From Nitrospirota bacterium (GTDB lineage: Bacteria > JACPQY01), in NCBI GenBank assembly GCA_016190245.1, contig JACPQY010000008.1:45938-109937 (forward strand): 64,000 nucleotides of DNA, read 5' to 3'. Of the stretch, positions 1 to 10,400 are shown one piece after another. The translations under genes were made by a program, and so were the position numbers. The notes beneath the pieces were generated by a model. It did no database searches and was not told the origin of the DNA. It saw only the letters and a list, made by a program, of their open reading frames with translations. Positions within the stretch are counted from its first letter, which is position 1. Every line of letters starts with the position of its first letter.

Positions 1-311
1 CGGGACTGGATGTGGTGGCTTGGGCCAGAAAGGCGGAGAAGCTCGGAGCCGGGGAGATTCTCTTGACCAGCATGGACCGCGACGGAACGAAGGACGGCTA
101 CGACTTGGCCCTCACGCGCGCCGTGAGTCGCGCCGTGGGGATTCCTGTCATCGCCTCGGGTGGGGCCGGCGGCGCGCGACATTTCTACGATGCCTTCACG
201 CGGGGCGGGGCGGATGCCTGCCTTGCCGCCTCGATCTTTCACTACCGCGAGACAACGGTCCCGGCCGTGAAGGCCTACCTTCGGAGGCGGGGCGTGAGGG
301 TTAGGCCATGA
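1..311 (+). CDS. hisF: Imidazole glycerol phosphate synthase cyclase subunit HisF (C-terminal part; 5' end outside the window)
   Basis: The translation ([28 protein letters not shown]...[10 protein letters not shown]...FHYRE) matches the conserved HisF C-terminus. The reading frame is open from position 1. Confidence 0.85.
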   Translation, partial: GLDVVAWARKAEKLGAGEILLTSMDRDGTKDGYDLALTRAVSRAVGIPVIASGGAGGARHFYDAFTRGGADACLAASIFHYRETTVPAVKAYLRRRGVRVRP

Positions 312-658
312 CGCCCTCTCGTGCGGCCGCCGCGAAAATCTTCCGAGCCGGACGGAGGCTCGTCCCGGCGGTTCTTCAGGACTCCCGCACCGGGAGAGTC
401 CTGATGCTTGCCTACATGAACCGGCAGGCCTTCGTCCGGACGCTCGAAACGGGTCTCGCACACTTCTACTCGCGCAGCCGCCGCCGGTTGTGGCTGAAGG
501 GAGAGACCTCCGGGCACACCCAGGCCGTGCGCGAGATCTACTACGACTGCGACGAGGACGCGCTGTTGCTCAAGGTGCAACCGGCGGGCCCGGCCTGCCA
601 CACCGGGGAGGTGAGTTGCTTCTTCCGGCGAATCCGCTATAAAAAAGGGCGGTCATGA
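308..658 (+). CDS. hisI: Phosphoribosyl-AMP cyclohydrolase HisI
   Basis: The translation ([42 protein letters not shown]...[13 protein letters not shown]) contains the HisI signature. Its start overlaps the hisF stop as ATGA. Confidence 0.85.
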   Translation: MTPSRAAAAKIFRAGRRLVPAVLQDSRTGRVLMLAYMNRQAFVRTLETGLAHFYSRSRRRLWLKGETSGHTQAVREIYYDCDEDALLLKVQPAGPACHTGEVSCFFRRIRYKKGRS

Positions 659-1005
659 CCTCGGATCTTGCCGGACTCCTCTTCCTGGCGGTTTTCGCGC
701 TCCTCATCCCAGGCGCAGCTCTGGCGATCCCGGCCCTCATCGCGCCAAAGGGCACGGTGGACCTGACGCCCTACGAGTCCGGGATGAAACCCGTGGGCTC
801 GGCGCGCCTCCGGTTCTCGGTGAAGTTCTACCTCGTCTCGTTGCTCTTCATCATCTTCGATGTGGAGGTGATCTACCTTTACCCGTGGGCCATTCGGCTT
901 CGCGATCTCGGCTGGCCGGGGTTCTTCGAGGTAGTGATGTTTGTGGTGATACTGGGCGTCGGCTACCTCTTTATCCTGAAGAAACGCGCTCTGGACTGGG
1001 ACTGA
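655..1005 (+). CDS. nuoA: NADH-quinone oxidoreductase subunit A (NuoA/ND3 family)
   Basis: The 116-aa product has three TM segments. The motif [40 protein letters not shown] is the NuoA hallmark. Its start overlaps the hisI stop as ATGA. Confidence 0.85.
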   Translation: MTSDLAGLLFLAVFALLIPGAALAIPALIAPKGTVDLTPYESGMKPVGSARLRFSVKFYLVSLLFIIFDVEVIYLYPWAIRLRDLGWPGFFEVVMFVVILGVGYLFILKKRALDWD

Positions 1006-1022
1006 TCGGCCCGCGGCCCGAT

Positions 1023-1084
1023 GGGGTCAGGTCTTGCATTCACGCATTCCCTCGGTTTCGTGAGCAAATGCAAGACCTGACCCC
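1023..1084. terminator. Perfect 17-bp inverted repeat (GGGGTCAGGTCTTGCAT / ATGCAAGACCTGACCCC) with a 28-nt loop, lying between the convergent nuoA and lptD genes
   Basis: I read the repeat directly from the sequence. It sits in the 107-nt gap between two convergent stop codons. Confidence 0.5.
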
Positions 1085-1112
1085 ACCGATTGAGGTCGCT
1101 CTACGCCGGTCG

Positions 1113-3821
1113 TCAATCCTCCGGGTTCTGCCCGAGTTGGATCAGTCCGGTGAGATTGAGGCCGAATTGGAACAGCAACTCCTCCTGGAAAACCGGCCGC
1201 CCGTCCTCATCCACCACGGTTTGCAACGTGAAGGGCTCGCGCTCGCCGATCAGGTTCCGCCCGCCCATCACGAACGCGCTCCAGCACCCGCAGGGTGAGT
1301 AGTACTCCACCCGCCCGGCCTGCTCGTAGGGCCGCTGGTACGCGATGTCGAGGCTGAGGTCGTACCCCAGAACGATCTGCCGCGTGGCGTAGAACCGCGC
1401 CTGGGGCTGGAGGAACTGACCATTGCGGAAGAAGGGATTGTCGCGGTTCGCCTTCTCCGGATCCGGCCCGTTCTGCGGTTTCGTGGAGCGCGGCGTAAAC
1501 GTGTACTTGACCCCGAGGCGCCGGAACCGGAATCGCTCCTTCACCCCCACGAATGAACTGAACTCGTGGAGTTCCTGATCGTAGTAGGGGTCCACGTCCG
1601 CCCGCAGTTGAATATCCGCGCCGCGAATCGCGGTCGAGCGGACCTCCACCCGAAGCGGCAGGAGGGGCTGCCGTTCTTCCTTGTCCGGAACAATGTCCCC
1701 CACTTCCTGCGTGGGGAACCTCCTCGGGGAGAGGAGCCCGAGGCGCTCAGCCTGCTTCTGTCGCTGGTAGCCGCTCAGGTTGTATTTGTAGTGCGACTCG
1801 AAGGAGTTGCGCAGGCCGCTCTTTCTTGCATCGTTGCGCTTGATCTCGTAGACATCGATCGGCTGCGTGAGCTTGAGCTCAAAGGGGGAGGCACGGCCCA
1901 CCTCCCGCCCGAGGGAATCCCGGTACTTGAACGGGAAGTAGTTGAGGAGTTCGATCTCGATCCGCTCGTCCTCGCCGGCGCCGTCGCGGCCGTCGAAGCT
2001 GAGCAGACCGACAAAGATCCGTTCGGGCCCCCCCCCTTCCTCGGGAGGCAGATCGGGCGGCAGCGGGGGCTCGAGGAGCTGGCGATCCTCAACGGGATCG
2101 TGCGAGATGCCCGTCACGGTGAACGGCTGGATGAGTTTGTACCGAACGGTGGGATGAACTTCGTGGCGGACCTTGAGCAGACGGCCGAAGGGGGGCTCGA
2201 AGTCGCGGATGAGAGCCGTCTTGAGCTCCACGGTGGGCCGGAGGACGCTGAAGGTTTGTGTGCGGCCCGTAATGAAAACGGGGATGTAGTAGGCGAACTG
2301 GTCCGCTTCGAGGCGGAGGGACCCGTTGACGTAGCCGCCGAGATCGAACGGGAGCCCGGTCCCGGGAGTCAGGATCATCCGATAGCCGCGCCGGGGCTGA
2401 CTGGCCTGGCTCATGAACTGCTCGGGCAGGGGCTCGTCCGCGAAGCGATAGAAGTGGGTTACCGTCGAGTTGAGGCTCAGCCCCACGGGGGCCTGGTCGC
2501 GGTCGTAGAGGCTCGTCCCGAACTGGACCTCGGGGAACCGTTGGTACGTAACGGCCCGTTCGGTCTGATAGATGCGTTCGCAGGAGCCGTGTGAGCGGTC
2601 CACGGGGACCGTGCGTTTGTCCACCTCCTCCTCCGAGCTGGTGGAACATCGGGGGGGGAGCGGGGGGACGAGGTCCTGGTAGTATTGGACCGACACGCTG
2701 GTCGAGGTGGCCCGCCAGGACTTGCCGGTGGACACGGTTGATCTTGTGAAGGGCTTGCGCTCCTCCAGTCTCTTGGAGGCGAGCTCGCGATACAACTCGT
2801 CGCTCAGGAGGTGGATGCTGGCCGAGCTGCCGAACGTCGGGTCCCACTGCTGCGCGTGGTTCGCGCGGAACTCCCACCGTTGGAGGCTGGCCGGCTCCGT
2901 GAGGGCCTGGACGGAGGGCGCGGCCACCTGCTCGCCCAGCTTTCGGCGGCGCCGGGCGGTCACGTCCTCCGGCGGCAGCCTCTCGAAGAGGAATTCGTTC
3001 ATGTAGGAGAGATGGGCCTCGCCGCGGCCCCGGCGGCTGAGGATATATCGAACCTCGAGGTCTCCTCCCACCCCGCGCTTTTGCATGTAGCGCGGGCCGA
3101 GGGTTACGTCCACGTTCTTCGCCGTGGCCCAGTAGAACGGGGCGGAGAGCACGAAACCCTTTCGCGAGGTCCAAAGAACGTCGGGGAAGAGGAAGCCGGA
3201 CTGCCGCTCGCGGGGCGCCGGGAAGTAGATCGCCGGCGCGTAGAACACGGGGATCCCCTTCGCCTTCAGGCGCGCGTTGCTGACGCTCCCGTGCTCGCCC
3301 ACACTCACTTTCATGTTCGACCCCTCGAGCGTCCAGCTCGGTTTCTTGCCGGGCGGGCAGACGCACGTCGTGTACGACCCGTCCTCCACGTTGTAGGACT
3401 CCCCACCCAGTTTCTCCACGCGCGAGCCGCAGATCTGGAAATTCCCGGGCTCGAGGATGACTTCGCCGTTGACCAGGACGCCGGTCTCTTTCTCCGTGTC
3501 GAAAACCATCCGATCCGCGCGGTACTCGCTCTCCCACTCGCGCATCACAACGTGGCCGATACCCTCCAGCCGCCCGGCGGTGTCGTCGTAGATGATCTCG
3601 TCCGCCTCCATGGAGAAGTCCGCCTGCCAGGCGCGGGCATGGCCGATGGCGCGGACCAGATGTTTTCCCTTTTCGTACTCGACGTTGTCCGCGGTAATCT
3701 CGACGGGCCCCTTCTTCTGGCGCACCTTCTCGAAGGGATCCATCTGCGCGGTTGCCGTTCCCCCCATGCCGGCCACGAGGATCAGGAGGAGGCACGCTGC
3801 GATCAGGGGTCGGAGGCTCAT
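1113..3821 (-). CDS. lptD: LPS-assembly outer-membrane protein LptD (OstA family)
   Basis: The product is about 900 aa. It has the OstA-like N-domain (VEITADNVEYEKGKHLVRAIGHARAWQADFSMEADEIIYD) and a C-terminal beta-barrel. I chose the start at MSLRPLIAACLLLILVAGMGGTATA (signal peptide, ATG at 3821) rather than the ORF-track start at 3926. Confidence 0.8.
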   Translation of the reverse strand: MSLRPLIAACLLLILVAGMGGTATAQMDPFEKVRQKKGPVEITADNVEYEKGKHLVRAIGHARAWQADFSMEADEIIYDDTAGRLEGIGHVVMREWESEYRADRMVFDTEKETGVLVNGEVILEPGNFQICGSRVEKLGGESYNVEDGSYTTCVCPPGKKPSWTLEGSNMKVSVGEHGSVSNARLKAKGIPVFYAPAIYFPAPRERQSGFLFPDVLWTSRKGFVLSAPFYWATAKNVDVTLGPRYMQKRGVGGDLEVRYILSRRGRGEAHLSYMNEFLFERLPPEDVTARRRRKLGEQVAAPSVQALTEPASLQRWEFRANHAQQWDPTFGSSASIHLLSDELYRELASKRLEERKPFTRSTVSTGKSWRATSTSVSVQYYQDLVPPLPPRCSTSSEEEVDKRTVPVDRSHGSCERIYQTERAVTYQRFPEVQFGTSLYDRDQAPVGLSLNSTVTHFYRFADEPLPEQFMSQASQPRRGYRMILTPGTGLPFDLGGYVNGSLRLEADQFAYYIPVFITGRTQTFSVLRPTVELKTALIRDFEPPFGRLLKVRHEVHPTVRYKLIQPFTVTGISHDPVEDRQLLEPPLPPDLPPEEGGGPERIFVGLLSFDGRDGAGEDERIEIELLNYFPFKYRDSLGREVGRASPFELKLTQPIDVYEIKRNDARKSGLRNSFESHYKYNLSGYQRQKQAERLGLLSPRRFPTQEVGDIVPDKEERQPLLPLRVEVRSTAIRGADIQLRADVDPYYDQELHEFSSFVGVKERFRFRRLGVKYTFTPRSTKPQNGPDPEKANRDNPFFRNGQFLQPQARFYATRQIVLGYDLSLDIAYQRPYEQAGRVEYYSPCGCWSAFVMGGRNLIGEREPFTLQTVVDEDGRPVFQEELLFQFGLNLTGLIQLGQNPED

Positions 3822-4039
3822 TCGGGAGGAGAAGTATAGCACGGTCGTCATTCTGCTATTCACTTGAAATCCCGTGGAGTGTGTGGCATACTGAATTCTC
3901 GATCGGTGCCGGGATGGCCTTCCCACTCGCGCCGGTCGGCAGGTTCAGGGAGTGAACCTAGGAGGGCATACAATGCGGTCGGAGAAGATCCGCATTTTGA
4001 TTCTGGTTGTACTCACAACGATTGTTTTGGCCGCCTGAG

Positions 4040-6487
4040 ATGTTCGGCGTCACATTGGCGCGCCTGGCTGGGCGTGGGTTGCGGCGCGACCTCCCCCCGC
4101 TCGCGATGGCGCTGGCCTTGGCGGGGCTTTCGGTCTACGCGTGCGAAGAGGTGGACGTCTCGGACCGCGCGAAGGTGTACGGCACCGTCACCGATGCGGA
4201 CGGAACCCCGCTCGGAAACGTCAAGGTCGAGGCCTGGCTCGGCGCCGAATCCAAGGCCGGCACGCGGTCGAAGGATGCGGACGATCCGAAAACGAGCGAA
4301 AACGAGAAGGGGACCTACAACCTTTCGGGCGTGCCGACCGGGGATCTTCGGATCCGCTTCAGCGCGGATGGAGTTGCCACGAAGCACTATGATCTCACCC
4401 TGGCCGAGGCCAACGTGAGGCTCGACGCCGTCCTCGTGCCGCCCTCGGCGACGCTCAAGGTTTTCGTGCTCAACCCGGCCGCGGGGCAGGCGTCGCCCTC
4501 GCCGGTGCAGGGCGCCCGCGCGGCGCTCAGCCATTCCAACTACGTGCTCGCCTCGCCCGCGGCGGCGCCGCGTCGCGCCGCCTCCCGGCTCGTGGGGACG
4601 GCGATCGCGACCACGGGTGCGGACGGGGCGGCGACCTTCGAGGGGTTGGCGGAAGACGACGGGTTCGAGGTCTCCATCGCGGGGTTCGATCTGAACAACG
4701 ACGGAGAGAGCGATCTTGAGGGCGAGCGGAGAAAGGTGGATCTGTCCAAGAACGCCGCTCTCGTGGAACGCACGATTTCATTCCTCCTCGCCAAGCGGCT
4801 CGCCAACACGGGGTCTCTTACCGTGAAGGTCTACGGCGTGGACGAGGCCCTGGCCAACGCCTCGGTCACCCTCGCAAACGTACAACACAATCTCGAAATT
4901 AGCGCCACGACGGATTCGAACGGCCAGGTCGCGTTCAGCGGCTTGCCGACCGTCCAGGGCTATCAGATCTACGTGAAGCCGTTCGACAAGGACGGAGACG
5001 GCACGCCGGACTTCGAAAGCTACCTCTACCCCGTCGCCGACTCCGATCGAAGCGGAGGGGTGCTCTCCACGTTCGCCCTCAACACGTACACGGACTCCAC
5101 CCTCAACCTCCGCCTCTCCCGCGCCACGGGTTTCCGCATCCTCACGACGAATATCGGCGCGGACCGGACCATCGGTCCCAGCGAATCCATCGAGATCGTG
5201 TTCACGCACGAGGTGGACCCGCTCACGGTGGACGATCCAAATGTGGACTTCTTCCTCGCGGTTGACGCAGATCGGGACAACGATTTCGAATGCTCCGGTG
5301 ACGCTACCTCGTCGGCCGGCGAGTGCGTCGCCTTCACGGCGTCTCTCACCGATCCGGGCACGAAGATGACGATCCGCTACGTGCAGCCTTGGAAGGAAGG
5401 TTTTCGCTACGCCCTTCTCCTCTGCGGGCTCTCGGCCGCGGACGTGGCGGGAGGATCTTCCACCACCGCGATGGTGGGCGGCGTGCGCTCCACCTCCGGC
5501 CTGGGCCTTGCGGGCGAGGACTGTCTCATCGCGTACTGGGTCCGCAGCACGGCGACGCGCTCGACGATCACCGATGTAATCATACCCAGCTTGTGCGGCA
5601 CGACGACCAGCGCGGACTGCGACAGCTTCTCCAGCCAGGTGGACTACAACTCGTCCGTGGACATCCAGTGGTCCACTCCGGCCAATGTCACGCCCTCCGG
5701 CTACCGCCTACACGCGAAGAACAACGCGAATGTTCCCTACTGGGTGCGGCTCCAGACCATCCGGCCTTCGGGCCAGGCCACGAACTACGTCCTGGATGTC
5801 TCGCTCCCCTCGGTGTTTAACCAGTTGCCCCAAGTCGGCACGAGTCCGTTCGGCAAGGGCACACAGGTCCACTTCGCGGTAGTGCCGGTGAGTGCCGACG
5901 GCTGGGAGAGCGACATTTCCTCGGACGACACCAAATGGCTCAAGGTTTCGGATCAGTACTTCGCCGAGGCGCCGCTCGCCAGCAGCTCCTTTTCCTTGAG
6001 TTTCACCCAGCAGGCGGCGCCGGGGCAGGACACGAGCAAGGTCAGCTCCGGGAGCACCGCGGACAACCAGAACGCCGGCACCACCGGCACGACGGCGACC
6101 GCGAGCAAGACCATCCACGTCCGCGTCTCAGGCTTCGCCGAGCCGATGGATACGGGCGTCAGCCCCGAGATCTCCGGAATCGAGGAGGGCGCGGGTCCCG
6201 TCACCGAGGCGGTTCTGGGCGGCACGGCAACCTACACGTGCAGTACGTCGGGCACGGCGAACCCGACGGCGGTCCCCTCGTTCACATGGTCGTGGGATCC
6301 CACGGGAACGGAGGGCGTCATCTCCTTATCTGTCACCGCGGGAGGGAACAACGCGGATGACTGCGTCCTCATCAAGCTGGGGGGGGGCAAGGACGCGTCG
6401 GGGAACGTCGAGCCTGCCGAAACTCAGTCGGGCTCGCTCGCCCTCGGCTCCTGTGCGCGTGACCGCTGCTTCATCCGCCTGAACTGA
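4040..6487 (+). CDS. Large secreted/surface protein, probably a lipoprotein, with carboxypeptidase-regulatory-like (CarbopepD_reg) beta-sandwich repeats and a Ser/Thr-rich C-terminus
   Basis: The N-terminus (MFGVTLARLAGRGLRR...LAMALALAGLSVYAC) looks like a signal peptide with a lipobox-like Cys. Repeated motifs of the form G.V.D..G.PL..V.V suggest CarbopepD_reg repeats. The start is ambiguous (4007, 4040 or 4106). Confidence 0.5.
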   Translation: MFGVTLARLAGRGLRRDLPPLAMALALAGLSVYACEEVDVSDRAKVYGTVTDADGTPLGNVKVEAWLGAESKAGTRSKDADDPKTSENEKGTYNLSGVPTGDLRIRFSADGVATKHYDLTLAEANVRLDAVLVPPSATLKVFVLNPAAGQASPSPVQGARAALSHSNYVLASPAAAPRRAASRLVGTAIATTGADGAATFEGLAEDDGFEVSIAGFDLNNDGESDLEGERRKVDLSKNAALVERTISFLLAKRLANTGSLTVKVYGVDEALANASVTLANVQHNLEISATTDSNGQVAFSGLPTVQGYQIYVKPFDKDGDGTPDFESYLYPVADSDRSGGVLSTFALNTYTDSTLNLRLSRATGFRILTTNIGADRTIGPSESIEIVFTHEVDPLTVDDPNVDFFLAVDADRDNDFECSGDATSSAGECVAFTASLTDPGTKMTIRYVQPWKEGFRYALLLCGLSAADVAGGSSTTAMVGGVRSTSGLGLAGEDCLIAYWVRSTATRSTITDVIIPSLCGTTTSADCDSFSSQVDYNSSVDIQWSTPANVTPSGYRLHAKNNANVPYWVRLQTIRPSGQATNYVLDVSLPSVFNQLPQVGTSPFGKGTQVHFAVVPVSADGWESDISSDDTKWLKVSDQYFAEAPLASSSFSLSFTQQAAPGQDTSKVSSGSTADNQNAGTTGTTATASKTIHVRVSGFAEPMDTGVSPEISGIEEGAGPVTEAVLGGTATYTCSTSGTANPTAVPSFTWSWDPTGTEGVISLSVTAGGNNADDCVLIKLGGGKDASGNVEPAETQSGSLALGSCARDRCFIRLN

Positions 6488-6494
6488 CGCCGTC

Positions 6495-7475
6495 TCAGGA
6501 GCGCGAGCCGTTGCGGGGGGCGCCGTTCGTGGTGTCTTCGACTACCGCCCCACCCTCGCTCAGGGCGAGAGCCACCGCGCAGTCCCGGACCTGGCGATAG
6601 AGCGGATCGAGGAAGCCGGCGAACGTCACAGGTTCTTTCCAGTTCGGAGGATCGCCGAGCCGCCGCAGGAGCGCGCACGGCACCGGCGGCTTCTCCAGCG
6701 TGACTTCGATTTCCTTGAGGGGTGCCAAGGGCTCCCAGAAGCGATCGAGCGTGTCCTCCACGGGAAGCGCCGGGGGGGGGGCCGGTGGGAAAAAATCCGG
6801 CGGCTCGGTCGGGGCCGCGGGCTTCTCCACCGGGGCGCTCTCCCGGACGGGCCCACCGAAAGGGGCGAGACGCCTCACCCTCAGCGCCTCCAGAATCTGC
6901 TCCTTCGTCCGCCCGCGCAGGACGAAGAGCATGAAGGGATCCTTGTCGAACCGCTCTGCGAGCACGTAGTAGACCGCCGCGATGTGTTTGCACGGATTCG
7001 CCCAATCGGGGCAGGTGCACGCGGTCTGGAGGTCCCGGCCGCTCCGCGGGAAGAGCGGGATCCTCGCCGCCCTGAACGCCCCCTCGATGTCGCGTGGCAT
7101 CTCGCCGGCCAGGAGCTTGGCCGCGAAGATGGCCTGCGTGGCCATCGGGTCGAGCACCCTGTCCCACTCCCGGTCGCCCAGCGGCCTGAGCCGGATCTCG
7201 ACGTCGTAGGGCTGCGGCCGTGAGCCCTGCACCCTCGCCGTCACGAGTCCCGGCAGGAGGTCGAACCCGACCACCTGCCCGCCGCGGGCATAGGTGCGGC
7301 CTCTGAGGAGGCGGTTGTGCCAGCCGAAGGACTCGAGGACGCCGATCCACCGTTCCGACCACCACGTCTCCCCGATCCTCCCCCTGCGGCTCTCGAGACG
7401 CGCCCCCCCCCGCACGCGGCGCGGCGCGCGCGATCGGCGGCGTTCCCACCACTCGGACCTGCGCCGGCGATCCAT
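6495..7475 (-). CDS. SWIM zinc-finger domain protein
   Basis: The CxCx(n)CxH motif (ACTCPDWANPCKHIAAV) is typical of SWIM. Its start codon lies immediately after the stop of the upstream SNF2 helicase, so the two genes form a pair. Confidence 0.7.
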   Translation of the reverse strand: MDRRRRSEWWERRRSRAPRRVRGGARLESRRGRIGETWWSERWIGVLESFGWHNRLLRGRTYARGGQVVGFDLLPGLVTARVQGSRPQPYDVEIRLRPLGDREWDRVLDPMATQAIFAAKLLAGEMPRDIEGAFRAARIPLFPRSGRDLQTACTCPDWANPCKHIAAVYYVLAERFDKDPFMLFVLRGRTKEQILEALRVRRLAPFGGPVRESAPVEKPAAPTEPPDFFPPAPPPALPVEDTLDRFWEPLAPLKEIEVTLEKPPVPCALLRRLGDPPNWKEPVTFAGFLDPLYRQVRDCAVALALSEGGAVVEDTTNGAPRNGSRS

Positions 7476-10400
7476 CTACTCCTCCACCACGGCCTCTTCG
7501 CGAAGGGCGAACAGTTCCTTGATCTCGTTCGTGGAGAGCTCCGTGATCCACGCCTCGCCCGCCCCGATGATGTTCTCGGCCAGCGATTTCTTCCTCTCGA
7601 TCATCTCGTCGATCCGCTCCTCCAACGTCCCCCGGCAGAGGAACTTGTGCACGAGGACGTTCTGCGTCTGGCCGATCCGGTACGCCCGGTCCGTGGCCTG
7701 GTTCTCGACGGCGGGGTTCCACCACCGGTCGAAATGGAACACCCGGTTCGCGCGGGTGAGGTTGAGCCCGAATCCGCCCGCCTTGAGGGAGAGCACAAAA
7801 AGGGGCGGGCCCTTCGCTCCGTCCTCCGCCTGGAAGCGCGCGATCATCCTCTCTCGGGTCGGTCTCGGGACGCCCCCGTGGAGGAAGAGGACCTCGCCAC
7901 CGAAGGCGCGTTCCAGCGCCTCCACCAAAAGCGCCCCCATCTCGGCGAACTGGGTGAAGATCAGCGAGCGATCGCCCTCCGAGAGGGCCTCCTCGATCAT
8001 CTCGATGAGGCGAGCGAGCTTGCCGGACCGGCGATCGGCCGCCTCGCGCCGCAGCTTGTCTTTCAAGAACTGGGCGGGGTGGTTGCAGACCTGCTTGAGC
8101 TTCGTGATCGCGGCGAGCACGAGCCCCTTCCTCTTGATCCCCTCCGCGTCCTGGATCTGCTCGATCATGTCCTTCACCACCGCGCGGTACAGTGTGGCCT
8201 GTTCGCGCGTGAGCGTGCAGTAGACCTTCATCTCGGTCTTGGTGGGGAGGTCCGCGATGATCGTGGGATCGGTCTTGAGGCGTCGGAGGACGAAGGGGCG
8301 CACGAGGCGGCGGAGTCGGTCGCCCGCCTCGCGGTTCTGGTAGCGTTCGATCGGCACGGCGAAGCGGCTCCGGAACTCCTTCTCGCCCCCGAGGTAGGCG
8401 GGGTTGAGGAAGTTCATGATGGACCACAGTTCGGCCAGCCGGTTCTCGACCGGCGTGCCGGTGAGCGCCACGCGGAAGCGGCCCTGGAGGCTGCGGGCGG
8501 CCTGCGACTGCTTGGCCCACGGGTTCTTGATGTTCTGCGCCTCGTCCAAAACGAGCATCGACCACTCGATGCCTTTCAAAAACCCCTCGTCCCGGTGGAG
8601 GAGGGAGTAGCTGGTCACCACCAGATCGTGCCGGCTGGCCTCGGCGGTGAACTCTTCGTCCTTCTTCCGGCCGGCGCCGTGGTGGAGAAGGACCTTGAGC
8701 GAGGGGGCGAACTTCGTGATTTCCTTTTCCCAGTTTCCCAGGACCGACGTGGGACACACCACGAGTACGGGTGCGCGTGTCCCGTCTTTCTCCCGTTCCC
8801 GAAGCACGAGCGTGATGAGTTGGACGGTCTTCCCGAGCCCCATGTCGTCCGCGAGGCACGCCCCCAGGGCCCACTCCTTGAGAAATGCGAGCCAGGAATA
8901 GCCGCGGAGTTGGTAGGGCCGGAGTTGGCCCTGCAGCGACGCGGGCGCGCCCAATTCGACGACCCGAGCCTCGTCGCGAAGGCCGTCCATCAGCTCCTTG
9001 AGGTGTCCCTCGGCCTCGAAACCGGCGACGGCCATGCCCACGCCCTCCCGCTGGAGCTCCGCTTGGCCGAGCCCTAGACGGAGGAACTCTCGGAGCGTCA
9101 TCTCTCCGCGCGCGGAGCGGCTGCTCCAGAACCTGAGCGCGGCCTGGACCTCATCCGGTCTCATCTCCACCCACTGGCCGCGAACGCGCACAAGGGGGAC
9201 CTTGAGCTCCGCCAGGGCCTCGAAATCCTGCTTGGTGATCGGCTCGCCGCCGAGGACGAGTTGCCAGTCGAACTCCACGATCGAGTCCAGCCCGAGCGTG
9301 GCGTCGGCGGCGCCGCGGGCCGATTGCATCACCCGCAGCCGGACGCCGGGGCGCGGCCCATGCATCCCGATGGGATCCCACCAGGAGGGGACCAACACGC
9401 CGAATCCGCTCTGCTGAAGGAGCCAGGCCGCCTCGCGCAGGAAGGTGTATGCCTCACCCGTCCTGAGATAAACGAACACGGGTCGCGGCAGGCGCAACCC
9501 CCGCTCGATCGGGGGGAACATGCGGGAGGCGCGGCCGAGGTCGCCCAGGAGTTTCTCCTGCGGCTGCTCGATCCTGCGGTCGAAATAGGTGAGCGCGGAG
9601 CCCGCGGCCCGCCAGATCGCCCCGCCCGGGACCAGGAGACTGGGGTCGTCCGCCGCCTGCATGAAAAACCGCAGGGTCCACGGTGGCTCCGTTCCCCTCG
9701 TGCGCCGCCCCCTGCGCCGAGGCGCGCGATACTCCTCGGGCGGCTCCAGGCGGAGGCACGTTCGAAAAGGTGCGCCGCCCCCCCCCGGCGCGAGGGACGA
9801 GGCCCAGGCGAACAGTTCTCCGGAGTCGGATCCCGCGGGTTCGCCATCCCGACCCTCATCCGCCGTCGGCCGAAGCAGAGAAGAAAGCCAGGCGTGGGCT
9901 GGATTCTGGGGGTCGGACAACTCCCGCTGCAACGGCATCCCCACCATCGCCCGCCGGATGAACGAGTCCGTCACAGTCTCGAAAAAATGTCTCAGGATTT
10001 CGCCGGGGTTCGGCCAGGCTTGTTCCGATCCGCGGCCGGTGTCACGGCTGGTTGCAAGGCCGGGTGTCGCGTTCTCGCGCTCGGCCGTTTCGGGCAGGTA
10101 GGTCCTGCACAGCGGCGGCATCGCCTGCGCCAGCGCGGCAAAGCGCCTCCGATCCCCTTCCTCATCCAAAACAGGCCGCCATGCCGCCCTGAGGTGTCCG
10201 TTGCCCTGCGTGATCTTCGAGACGAAGGGGAGAAATCGCTCGCGGGCGAGCAGCTCCACGGCGAGTTTGCCGGCGGAACTCCAGTAGAGCATGTCTGCTC
10301 CGAACGACACCTGTCCGCCGGCGTCGCCCGTGCCGGGAAGGGAAACAAGGAAGCCGAGCGCGTCCAGGCGCCCCAGGCCGAGGCCTTCGACGCGGTAGGG

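Noticed and set aside
2089-3795. 568-aa minus-strand ORF overlapping lptD, plus similar long ORFs antisense to real genes (6424-8874, 7317-9077, 15358-17247, 19699-20913, 20802-23288, 28611-30635, 35852-37096, 51089-52405, 53196-55130)
   Set aside because: Their products are Arg/Pro/Gly-rich and low-complexity, and they have no motifs. They are antisense to ORFs with clear family signatures and high GC3. This is expected from absent stop codons in about 68% GC DNA.
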